Shown here one piece after another: positions 34,192 through 42,801 of a stretch of 43,879 nt of DNA (position 1 is its first letter; each line of letters opens with the position of its first letter). Source of the DNA: Gammaproteobacteria bacterium (lineage in GTDB: Bacteria > Pseudomonadota > Gammaproteobacteria > JAADHQ01); contig JAADHQ010000030.1 in NCBI GenBank assembly GCA_013151795.1, forward strand, positions 1-43,879, in the 5' to 3' direction. Both the position numbers and the translations under genes were made by a program. The notes under the pieces are model-generated. The model ran no database searches. It saw only the letters and a program-made list of their open reading frames with translations, and had not been told where the DNA came from.

Positions 34192-34644
34192 ATGAAAAAG
34201 TTATTTCTGATATTAATATTAGCAGCTTTTACGCCCTTGGTAGTGCAGGCAGATAACAATGGCCTGATTAGCAAAAAGAGTAAATACAGCGTAAGCGAAA
34301 CAATTGATAAACTGGAAAACATTTTAAAGAAAAAAGGAATAACAGTCGCACTTCGTTGGTCTCATAGTGACAAGGCAAATGGGGTAGGTATAAAATTGAG
34401 GCCGACAGAATTATTGATATTCGGTAATCCAGAATTAGGCTCTCATATGTTTACCAGTAATCAGACAGCAGGTATTGATCTACCATTAAAAGCCCTGGCA
34501 TGGGAAGATGAAAAAGGACAAGTATGGCTAACATATAATGATCCTGCCTACCTGGGTAGGCGACATGGCATTAAAGATCGCGCAAAAATTATAAAAAAAA
34601 TGACAGGCGCATTAAATAAATTTAGTGATGTTGCAACGCACTAA
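34192..34644 (+). CDS. Exported DUF302-domain protein
   Basis: Signal peptide ending VQA; SKYSVSET, LLIFGNP, GIDLPLKAL, VWLTYNDP. Confidence 0.88.
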   Translation: MKKLFLILILAAFTPLVVQADNNGLISKKSKYSVSETIDKLENILKKKGITVALRWSHSDKANGVGIKLRPTELLIFGNPELGSHMFTSNQTAGIDLPLKALAWEDEKGQVWLTYNDPAYLGRRHGIKDRAKIIKKMTGALNKFSDVATH

Positions 34645-34655
34645 AAAGAATCAGC

Positions 34656-35330
34656 ATGCCATCTTTAAGAAAACATCATCGACACCAGACGCGCTCTGTT
34701 TCGCCACATGAATTGCAGTTGTTGCTTGAAAAAGATCTGGATGCCCTGCCCTTTAGTTTGCCAGAGGGATCTCTGGATCAGTTTGTTGATTTTATTCTGT
34801 TACTGGATAAGTGGAACAGCGTTTATAATCTCACCTCCGTTAGAGATATGACTCAAATGGTAGGGCGACACATACTGGACTCATTAATTGTAAATCCATT
34901 TTTACATGGTGAAAAGATTCTGGATGTAGGTTGTGGGGCAGGGTTACCCGGGATTCCTTTAGCGATAATAAACCCTGATAAACAATTTACCTTACTTGAT
35001 AGTAATCAGAAAAAGACCCGCTTTGTACAACAGGCAAAAACAGAACTGCAGCTTGATAATGTTATTGTTGTAAACGAAAGGGTAGAAGAATTTAATATGC
35101 CCGATGGCGTTAACACGGTAATAGCACGCGCATTTAGTTCGATAGAAAACTTGATAAGCGGAGTCGATCATCTATTGGCAGATGACGCAGAGATATTGGC
35201 AATGAAAGGCACATACCCTATGGCTGAACTGGAAAATATTCCACAAGGCTTCAAGATGGAAAAGATAGAAACACTGGATGTTCCGGGTCTGGATGCAGAG
35301 CGTCACCTGGTTATGCTCAGTAGGTCCTGA
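34656..35330 (+). CDS. rsmG: 16S rRNA m7G527 methyltransferase RsmG (GidB)
   Basis: WNSVYNLT, HILDSL, DVGCGAGLPG, ARAF, AMKG. Confidence 0.97.
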   Translation: MPSLRKHHRHQTRSVSPHELQLLLEKDLDALPFSLPEGSLDQFVDFILLLDKWNSVYNLTSVRDMTQMVGRHILDSLIVNPFLHGEKILDVGCGAGLPGIPLAIINPDKQFTLLDSNQKKTRFVQQAKTELQLDNVIVVNERVEEFNMPDGVNTVIARAFSSIENLISGVDHLLADDAEILAMKGTYPMAELENIPQGFKMEKIETLDVPGLDAERHLVMLSRS

Positions 35331-35400
35331 GGATAGTATTATTTATTATGGCTAGTAATGCTCTGGGAAAAACCATCAACTTATTTAATGGGAAACAGCA

Positions 35401-36270
35401 ATGAAAACGATACCTGTAATATTATTAACTTTTATTATGTTTGCTTTTGTTGGCAATGTTGTCGCCCATACGGAGCCAGTTGATAATTCATACTGGTGGG
35501 ATGACGCCTGGTGGCTGGAAGGTAAACTCCCGGTTCCCCGAAACTATGATGTAACATCACGTGAAACATTTTATATGAATGGTGATGTAGAAATACCGGT
35601 TATTATTTATCGACCAAAACAAAAAGGTAAGTTTCCTGGGGTATTGTTTGTTCATGGGCGTCCAGGGCTTGTAAAAGATATTAAATATCTGGCCATGCGG
35701 TTAGCTGCAAGGGGTTTTGTTGTTTATGCACCGGATTTATTTTTTGGTCGAGACATCGACCCGCGACCAATAAAACATGATTATGTGCTCGAAGAAGATC
35801 TGAATAAAGGCCTTGATCACATGATGACGCAGAAGGATATATCCGGTAAAAAGGTATGTGTCTATTCTCAAACACGTGGCGGGTATTATTCATTAAAACT
35901 GGCCGTTACAAAAAAACGACAGGAAGATGCTCTGGCCTGTTATGTTTCTTATTACCCGCACTGGCAAGATCCGAATGCACCGGAACCCTTGCAGGTTTAT
36001 AGTTATGCCGAAGAAGCAGATAATTTAAAGATACCTGCCCTGGTATTTTATGGTGATGAGGAGCAATACCAGCGACGTCGGGTCATTGAGACCGCAGCCG
36101 AAAACATGTTAAGAAAAAAACGTCCGGTACAATTGATCATGTACCCGGGTGTACAGCGCGGCTTTGATTTTCGTCCGGAACGAGTAAGGATATTTGCGGA
36201 TGATCTTGCGTCAAAAGATGCCGTTATGCGGTCAGCACGATTTATTCGTAAACACCTGGATGTTAAATAA
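35401..36270 (+). CDS. Exported dienelactone-hydrolase-like alpha/beta-fold protein with non-canonical triad
   Basis: Signal peptide; PGVLFVHG, RLAARGFVVYAPDL, SQTRGG elbow, YPGVQRGF. Confidence 0.8.
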   Translation: MKTIPVILLTFIMFAFVGNVVAHTEPVDNSYWWDDAWWLEGKLPVPRNYDVTSRETFYMNGDVEIPVIIYRPKQKGKFPGVLFVHGRPGLVKDIKYLAMRLAARGFVVYAPDLFFGRDIDPRPIKHDYVLEEDLNKGLDHMMTQKDISGKKVCVYSQTRGGYYSLKLAVTKKRQEDALACYVSYYPHWQDPNAPEPLQVYSYAEEADNLKIPALVFYGDEEQYQRRRVIETAAENMLRKKRPVQLIMYPGVQRGFDFRPERVRIFADDLASKDAVMRSARFIRKHLDVK

Positions 36271-36504
36271 ACAGGCTGGCCTGAAAGAGCTTTAATGGCT
36301 CATGCCTTGTGTCCATCACCAGGAATTTTTACCTTTAAGGATTATTTCTAATAACATCATACGCTTACTCATAAACTCAACAAATCGTAGGGTTTTTTTC
36401 AGAATTAAACTGGATAAAGAATAAACAAGAATATGATAAATCAGGCTATAGTTTCGTACGGAATCGGGCTACAATAGTCATTCATTTTCGATTATAAAAA
36501 TAAT

Positions 36505-37296
36505 ATGACCAGAATAATTGCTATAACCAATCAGAAAGGTGGAGTTGGTAAAACAACGACCTCCGTTAATCTTGCAGCATCACTTGCCGCAACGAAGCGT
36601 AATGTATTATTGATTGATATAGACCCGCAAGGTAATGCCACCATGGGCTCGGGTATCAATAAAAATGATCTTGAAATCTCTACCTGTGATGTTTTATTAG
36701 GCGATAGCACTATTACCGATGCCATTATCAGGAATACAGATGTTGGTTTTGATGTCTTGCCCGGTAACGCCGATCTGACCGCGGCAGAAGTAGGCTTGAT
36801 GAATACGACCGGTAGAGAGCATAAATTACGGGATGCTATCAAAACACTCGCAGATCATTATGACTATGTATTAATTGACTGCCCTCCTTCACTAAATATG
36901 TTAACAATTAATGCACTGGTCGCGGCGCAAGGTGTGATGATACCCATGCAATGTGAATATTATGCATTGGAAGGGTTATCGGCCTTGATCGATACCATCA
37001 AACAGATTCAGGGGTCGGTGAATGAAGAGCTTGAGATAGAAGGCCTGCTCAGAACCATGTTTGATCCACGAAATAATCTCGCAAATCAGGTATCTACACA
37101 GCTGATTATGCATTTTGGAGACAAGGTATACAGAACCATGATCCCCAGAAATGTACGCCTGGCCGAAGCACCGAGCCACGGGTTACCTATTTTACATTAT
37201 GACAAGTCTTCTCGCGGAGCGCTTTCTTATCTTGCACTGGCTGGAGAAATTATCCGGCGTGATGAAAAACGCGACAACATGGCAGCAACTGCTTAA
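36505..37296 (+). CDS. parA: Chromosome partitioning ATPase ParA/Soj
   Basis: NQKGGVGKTT, DIDPQGNAT, DCPPSL, QCEYYALEG, RNVRLAEAPS. Confidence 0.98.
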   Translation: MTRIIAITNQKGGVGKTTTSVNLAASLAATKRNVLLIDIDPQGNATMGSGINKNDLEISTCDVLLGDSTITDAIIRNTDVGFDVLPGNADLTAAEVGLMNTTGREHKLRDAIKTLADHYDYVLIDCPPSLNMLTINALVAAQGVMIPMQCEYYALEGLSALIDTIKQIQGSVNEELEIEGLLRTMFDPRNNLANQVSTQLIMHFGDKVYRTMIPRNVRLAEAPSHGLPILHYDKSSRGALSYLALAGEIIRRDEKRDNMAATA

Positions 37297-37325
37297 TTTA
37301 ACTAACAAAACAATATCAAAGTATT

Positions 37326-38201
37326 ATGGCAAGTAAAAAACGTGGGTTAGGACGTGGGCTGGATGCTCTTTTAGGAGGGGCGGCCGTCGATGTTAAAACA
37401 ACAACTCCAGAAAGTACTGTAAATGGCGAACTGAAAGAGATTGCTGTAGAGATGCTGCAACGAGGACGTTATCAGCCTCGTACAGATATGCATACAGAAA
37501 GTCTTGAAGAGCTGGCAGATTCAATACGCGAGCAAGGTATTGTTCAACCCATTGTCGTTCGCCCTGTTAGCCAGGATAAATATGAAATCATCGCTGGTGA
37601 GAGACGCTGGCGTGCTGCGCAATTGGCCGGTTTGCATAATGTACCTGTAGTGGTACGTGATGTTGATGATCGCGCTGCCATTGCGATGGCATTAATAGAA
37701 AATATTCAGCGGGAAAATCTTAATCCAGTTGAAGAAGCGCGTTCCCTATACCGGTTAATGGAAGAGTTTGAGCTCACACAGCAACAAGCTGCAGAGGCCG
37801 TTGGTCGTTCACGCAGTGGTGTTGCCAACCTGTTGCGCCTGCTGGAATTAAACGAAGACGTTAAGGTTTTGCTTGAGAAACGTGAGCTGGAAATGGGTCA
37901 TGCACGTGCATTATTGGCTTTAAAAGACCTGCAACAGTCTGAAATTGCGAAAAAAGTAGCTAATTCCGGTATGTCCGTTCGCGAAACCGAGAAACTGGTT
38001 CGCCGCCTTGCTGAACCTAAAAAGCCTAAATCACCAAAACAAAATGAAATGGATCCGAATGTACGCCGACTGCAGGAAGATTTGTCAGAAAAACTGGGTG
38101 CTGGTGTTCAATTACAATGTAAGCCAAATGGCAAAGGCAAGTTGATTATTACGTTTAATAGCAATGATGAGCTTGATGGTATTCTTGAACACATAAAATA
38201 A
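37326..38201 (+). CDS. parB: Chromosome partitioning protein ParB
   Basis: GLGRGLDALL, QPR, IAGERRWRAA, ENIQRENL, GHARAL. Confidence 0.98.
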   Translation: MASKKRGLGRGLDALLGGAAVDVKTTTPESTVNGELKEIAVEMLQRGRYQPRTDMHTESLEELADSIREQGIVQPIVVRPVSQDKYEIIAGERRWRAAQLAGLHNVPVVVRDVDDRAAIAMALIENIQRENLNPVEEARSLYRLMEEFELTQQQAAEAVGRSRSGVANLLRLLELNEDVKVLLEKRELEMGHARALLALKDLQQSEIAKKVANSGMSVRETEKLVRRLAEPKKPKSPKQNEMDPNVRRLQEDLSEKLGAGVQLQCKPNGKGKLIITFNSNDELDGILEHIK

Positions 38202-38222
38202 ATAGCGTTTTTAGTCTGACTT

Positions 38223-38418
38223 TTATCCACATTTTTGTTTAAGTGCTTGTAAGCACAACTAAAAGACCACATAAAATTGACGATGTCTTATATAAATAGC
38301 ATAAGATATTGAATTTATTATAATTTAAAAATTTAATTTTTATAATTTTTTTTGAATTGTCTTTTGAGAAAATAGAAAAAACAGCCTGATCTTAAATTCA
38401 TCCACAGAGTTATCCACA
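38223..38418. other. Third DnaA-box cluster flanking an AT-rich tract
   Basis: TTATCCACA 38223-38231, TCATCCACA 38398-38406, TTATCCACA 38410-38418, all in the same orientation. Confidence 0.7.
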
Positions 38419-38457
38419 GGTTCATCAATAATTACACCGAAATGTTAAAGTATATTT

Positions 38458-38721
38458 ATGTCTGAGTGGTATGTTTATATGGTTCGTTGTGCCGACAATA
38501 GCTTGTATCCTGGTATTGCCAAGGATGTACAGAAACGGTTGCTGGAACATAATGGAGATAATCGTCTGGGTGCAAAATATACACGGGCAAGAAGACCTGT
38601 TTTATTGGTATACCAGCAGGGCTTTGCAAGCCGTTCAGAGGCCTGTAAGTTTGAAATGAAGCTTAAGGCAATGAAAAAGCCAGAAAAAGAAAACATCATT
38701 AAGGAAAACAATGCGTTATAA
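38458..38721 (+). CDS. Stand-alone GIY-YIG nuclease (UPF0213/YhbQ-like)
   Basis: WYVYMVRCADNSLYxG, R...H, GAKYTRARRP, EACKFE. Confidence 0.88.
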   Translation: MSEWYVYMVRCADNSLYPGIAKDVQKRLLEHNGDNRLGAKYTRARRPVLLVYQQGFASRSEACKFEMKLKAMKKPEKENIIKENNAL

Positions 38722-38914
38722 AGAAGGGGAAGAAGGCCTGCGGCTGGCCAATCATGCCAGTGACGATATGTTTATTGGCACTTCAATATATGGTTTTATA
38801 CTGGGGCTGGGTTTTATTTTTGCAGGTTTAAAAGTAAAGCAGCGCTGGTTAACATTTTGGGGAGCCGCTTTAAGTTTGGCCAGTGTTGCGAGCTGGTTTG
38901 CAATGATGCAATAA
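38711..38914 (+). CDS. Small hypothetical membrane protein (two predicted helices)
   Basis: 67 aa, two hydrophobic segments, SD-like AAGGA, 11-nt overlap with the GIY-YIG gene. Confidence 0.6.
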   Translation: MRYKEGEEGLRLANHASDDMFIGTSIYGFILGLGFIFAGLKVKQRWLTFWGAALSLASVASWFAMMQ

Positions 38915-38997
38915 GCATATAAATAACAAAAAGATAGAATATAAAATCGATCAAGACTATAAAATACGCGTCTTGACCAATTTTATTTCAAAAGAAA

Positions 38998-39204
38998 CTA
39001 TTCAAATGCACAACCAGGTTTGGCGCCCATTTTTTTAAGTATAGTTGCCAAAGGACAGAAGCCTGTCAGAGAAGCCTGAAACATGTTAAGGCCAACAAAA
39101 GCGGTTAGCCATAACCAGTTAGCATTTTCAAGATAATGTGCCAGACCAAGGCTTCCAAGAACTACAAAACCTGCAAATGCCATCACAATTCGATCGATAC
39201 TCAT
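38998..39204 (-). CDS. DUF2892 (YgaP transmembrane domain-like) protein
   Basis: [29 protein letters not shown]; SD GAGG ahead of ATG 39204. Confidence 0.88.
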   Translation of the reverse strand: MSIDRIVMAFAGFVVLGSLGLAHYLENANWLWLTAFVGLNMFQASLTGFCPLATILKKMGAKPGCAFE

Positions 39205-39641
39205 CTCTATATACCTCAATTTATTAAAGAAAAAATTAGTTAATATTCAAGGGGTTGCTGACTAATCAATGAACCCGGATTACGTGTTCAGGATGAGCCA
39301 GCCGCTCCTTAATACCTATATTAGTATTTTATCATATAAAAATATTCAGCGCATAAAAAGATTATTATTTTCAAAAAAGCTAACTTATTGTTTTTATTTG
39401 GCTTAATAAATGCAGTCCTGCATTTACAATAAGAGATATTACGAGTTTTGTTGTAGAAAAGGTAGTTTTTCCTGAAATTGCTGGCGTTAATTATAACGCT
39501 GGATATTCAGGCGCGATCCAGATTCTGTATTTTATAAGGGCGAGCGAGTTTAATTTGCATAGCAACCCAGGCCGTTTATGAAGACAAAAAGGCTGTCGGA
39601 GATTAATCCCTCCCCCTTTTCATAGAGGGGAGATAAAAAGA

Positions 39642-39863
39642 TTAACCTGAGAAGATATCCGAATGAAGGCCTTTTTTCTCAAGTGCTGATAGTAGTGTTA
39701 TGGGTATATTGTGGTGTGGCTCGAAATCAACAGCAATGTCATGTGGTGTGACATTATTCATTTCTACATTGATGACATGAGGTACTTGAAGCAGGTCATT
39801 TTTCAGTGTAGCCAGAGATTGAAGATCAAGTGTTTCATCGATATAGATACATACAGTATTCAT
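39642..39863 (-). CDS. Small hypothetical protein, probable HMA/ferredoxin-like fold without CxxC
   Basis: 73 aa, strong SD AGGAG, beta-alpha-beta-beta-alpha-beta hydrophobic pattern (YIDETLD, PH, VDFEP, GLH). Confidence 0.65.
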   Translation of the reverse strand: MNTVCIYIDETLDLQSLATLKNDLLQVPHVINVEMNNVTPHDIAVDFEPHHNIPITLLSALEKKGLHSDIFSG

Positions 39864-40142
39864 ATGCCAGTCTCCTGAATTTAATAGCCTATAATATTTT
39901 AAATATAGTCCATTATAGAAAATTAATATTTTTATTAATTATTTGATGACAATTCAGCGATTTTTTCAAGTCTTCAGGGGAGTAGTCGAGTTAGCTGTAA
40001 TGAGAGTATCAGTATTTAATGTTGGTGAAGTCAGTAGAGATAAAAACAGGCTATGAAAAGGTAATATTTTTAATAGTAATGATGATTTATGAATATTGGT
40101 ATATAGAGGTGGCCTACTATATTTGCAATTTCACGAACAAAC

Positions 40143-40940
40143 TTAAGCCGCGCCTTTTTTCAGAAGGTGACGCAGGTGTTCAGGTTGTACGATGTGGATG
40201 TGTTGGTTCACTGCCCGGACTGCGCCCTGTTTGCGTAGGTGTGCCAGAGTCGTTGTGACAGTTTGGCGGCTGGCGCCAATCAGGTTGGCGATGTCCTGGT
40301 GGGTCAGTCGTACGTTTACGCACAGTTCACCTTCGGTAGAGTCGGCACAACAGCGTGTCCCCGAGGATATGGTGGCGAAGCGTACCAGCAGTCGGGCAAT
40401 TCGTGTTTCTACATTGTCTGATGCCAACCCGACCAGGGCATGGCCTAAGGCACGAACCCTTGCAGACAGGATGCCAATGGCTTTCATAGCAGCTTCCGGA
40501 TGTGTACCTAAAAAGTAAGTGAAATCTTTATGGCTAACGGAATAGACCTGGGTAGCTTCATTGGCCACAGCATGTATTTGCCTATCGCTGCCCCGCCACA
40601 GTTCAGACATGCCAAAGATCTCGCCCGGAAAACTGAACCACAAGATGGTTTCCTTACCGGTGGAAGAAACCTGAAACAGGCGTATGCAGCCACCGGCTAC
40701 GATGTAGACATCATTGGAGCGGTCGCCCGCGCGGAACAGATGGTCACGAGATTTCAAGTTCATGCGGCGAGAGATTTTCAGAAGATCATGGGTCTCCACT
40801 TTAGAGAGACTGGACAAGAAATTTGCATGAGCGTCAGACCAGGTGTCTTTGCCTTCATCTATATTTGAAAACCCTTCGGGCAGGATTTTTTTTTCGATGT
40901 CTGTGAACGAATGTCTGGCCTGTTTATCAGTATTACTCAA
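40143..40940 (-). CDS. Crp/Fnr-family transcriptional regulator with CooA-type recognition helix
   Basis: LFRAGD, VYIVAGG, GKE, PGEIFG, RIARLL, LTHQDIANLIGASRQTVTTTL. Start placed at TTG 40940 (SD GGGAGA) rather than ATG 41048. Confidence 0.92.
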   Translation of the reverse strand: MSNTDKQARHSFTDIEKKILPEGFSNIDEGKDTWSDAHANFLSSLSKVETHDLLKISRRMNLKSRDHLFRAGDRSNDVYIVAGGCIRLFQVSSTGKETILWFSFPGEIFGMSELWRGSDRQIHAVANEATQVYSVSHKDFTYFLGTHPEAAMKAIGILSARVRALGHALVGLASDNVETRIARLLVRFATISSGTRCCADSTEGELCVNVRLTHQDIANLIGASRQTVTTTLAHLRKQGAVRAVNQHIHIVQPEHLRHLLKKGAA

Positions 40941-41099
40941 TGAACCCAGTCTCCCACTATTCTTAAACTTATCATGACATGTCGAGTGCCCAGTTGCCAG
41001 ATGAGATTGTGTATATAGCGTTAGATATTGACTATAAAAGTAAAACATTAATTTATGGGTTTATTATGATTTTTTAATATTGGTTTGCATGTGTGACTA

Positions 41100-41117
41100 T
41101 TGTCGTCTGGGCGACAA
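41100..41117. promoter_or_regulatory. Crp-family operator TGTCG-N6-CGACA
   Basis: TTGTCGTCTGGGCGACAA between the regulator and tctC; candidate -10 TAGTAT at 41138-41143. Confidence 0.7.
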
Positions 41118-41226
41118 ATATGCCGACCAACGTTCGTTAGTATTGTGAGTAGAAAACAGATAAAAGACTGTTCCCTGAATTAGAGGGACGGATAATATAA
41201 ATTGATCTTTGTAACACGGAGAAGTG

Positions 41227-42171
41227 ATGATGAGAAGAATATTTAATCTTGGATTAGGTGTTATTTTGGCTACGGTCATGATGAATGCCACAGCAGGTGA
41301 TTACCCGAGTCGCCCGATTACTTTCATGACCATGACACAACCAGGTGCACAGATCGACCGCCTGGCCCGAGGCCTTGCTCAGCGCATGAGTAAGATTCTG
41401 GGACAACCCATTAACGTCAAAAACGTGACCGGTTCACACGGTACCGTTATGGCAACTGAGCTTAGCAGGTCAAAGCCTGATGGTTATGTACTTGGCATAA
41501 CCTCGCTGACTGCCTATACCTACGCGCCACACCACAGCAAGTTGAGTTATAAGCCAGAAGATTTTGATTACCTGACTCAGGTAGCACTGAATTCCAGCGG
41601 ATTTATTTCCAGAAAAGACAAGCCCTGGAATACGTTGAAAGAGGCCTTTGCCTGGCACAAGAAAAATAATAAAGCCATGATCGCCATGTTCCATGGTGCG
41701 GATGATCGAGATGCAATTATTCGTATTGCCAAGAAAGAAGGTGTGAACTTATCTTTGATACCATCAAAAGGGGGTCCTTCAGTGATCCAGGCAGTGACGG
41801 GTGGTCATGCTTCAGTTGGTTATACAGGAGCGATACTTTATAAGCATGTAGAAGCTGGAACGATTAAATTGATTGCCGCAGCGTTAGGTAATCGTTTGCC
41901 ACCTATTCCTGATGTACCTACGTTGCGTGAACAGGGTTACGATGAACAGGTAGAAATGATTGTTGCTCTGGTGGCTCCAAAGGGTCTGGATACAAGTGTC
42001 AAAGCCAAGCTCCTCGCTGCAGCAGACCAACTCGCTAAAGACAAGGAAACCCAAACCTTTATTACAGGGAATCTGTTGATGCGGCCTGTTGAGTGGGGTG
42101 AAGCTAAAGTAGATAACGTCGTAAAGGAATTGCACAAGACATTTGGTATGCAAGCGGAAATGATGAAATAG
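41227..42171 (+). CDS. tctC: Tripartite tricarboxylate transporter substrate-binding protein (TctC/Bug)
   Basis: Signal peptide, YPSRPI, KPDGYVL, PDVPTLREQGYD, APKG; followed by tctB and tctA. Start 41227 or 41230. Confidence 0.9.
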   Translation: MMRRIFNLGLGVILATVMMNATAGDYPSRPITFMTMTQPGAQIDRLARGLAQRMSKILGQPINVKNVTGSHGTVMATELSRSKPDGYVLGITSLTAYTYAPHHSKLSYKPEDFDYLTQVALNSSGFISRKDKPWNTLKEAFAWHKKNNKAMIAMFHGADDRDAIIRIAKKEGVNLSLIPSKGGPSVIQAVTGGHASVGYTGAILYKHVEAGTIKLIAAALGNRLPPIPDVPTLREQGYDEQVEMIVALVAPKGLDTSVKAKLLAAADQLAKDKETQTFITGNLLMRPVEWGEAKVDNVVKELHKTFGMQAEMMK

Positions 42172-42178
42172 GCTATAG

Positions 42179-42212
42179 CCGTACCGGAACCCGTTTCCGG
42201 TACGGTATTTTC
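42179..42212 (+). terminator. Strong hairpin between tctC and tctB (partial terminator or mRNA stabiliser)
   Basis: Perfect 11-bp stem CCGTACCGGAA-CCCGT-TTCCGGTACGG followed by TATTTTC. Confidence 0.7.
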
Positions 42213-42255
42213 ACTCGTCGTTTACGCTTCGAGTTTGTATAAAAGAGGATAAAGA

Positions 42256-42771
42256 GTGACAAGAATAACAAGAGAAACGATCGCTTATCTGGTGATCTCC
42301 GGATTTTGCATATTGATGTTCGTCTGGGCAATTCCCACATACACGCCAGCTTATCCTGGCTATGGAGCCTCACCCGCGCTGGTACCGAATGTGGCTGTAG
42401 GTGTGATTTTATTTATGGCTTGCCTTTCTTTGGTTCGTATCGGTTTAGCAGTTTACCTGAAAAAGCCGATGCCGCCGGAAGAATGCGAATTCCCGGAGGA
42501 CCTCAAAGAGGAAGGAGGCTTCACGCAGGTCGGACGTGTAAACCTTTATCATCTCGCACGTTTTATGATCCCGCCCATACTACTGATAGTGGTTATCGAT
42601 TACATAGGTTATTTATTAGCCTCGTTTATTTTTCTGCTAACAGTCCAGTATGTTATTGGCTGTCGAAAGTGGATGCAGTTAACAGTAGTGGCGGTCACTT
42701 TGACGTTGGTTCTTTATGTTGTCATGCGTTACGGATTTGGTGTACCAATACCAGGCCCACAGATTTTCTAA
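42256..42771 (+). CDS. tctB: TTT small membrane subunit TctB
   Basis: Several hydrophobic helices, SPALVP, IGYLLA, C-terminal FGVPIPG. Confidence 0.85.
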   Translation: MTRITRETIAYLVISGFCILMFVWAIPTYTPAYPGYGASPALVPNVAVGVILFMACLSLVRIGLAVYLKKPMPPEECEFPEDLKEEGGFTQVGRVNLYHLARFMIPPILLIVVIDYIGYLLASFIFLLTVQYVIGCRKWMQLTVVAVTLTLVLYVVMRYGFGVPIPGPQIF

Positions 42772-42801
42772 AAGTAAAAAACTAAAGCGGGATACAAAAT
42801 T

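Noticed and set aside
38202-39000. Absence of the atp operon after parB
   Set aside because: The parB-atp linkage is common but often broken, so it says little on its own.
39606-39640. CTCCCCCT...AGGGGAG hairpin as a terminator or repeat element
   Set aside because: No U tract follows on the coding strand of the adjacent gene, and only one copy is in the window.
40143-40940. Calling the regulator cooA or fnr
   Set aside because: It lacks the CooA CxH haem motif and the N-terminal FNR Cys cluster, and no coo genes are in the window.
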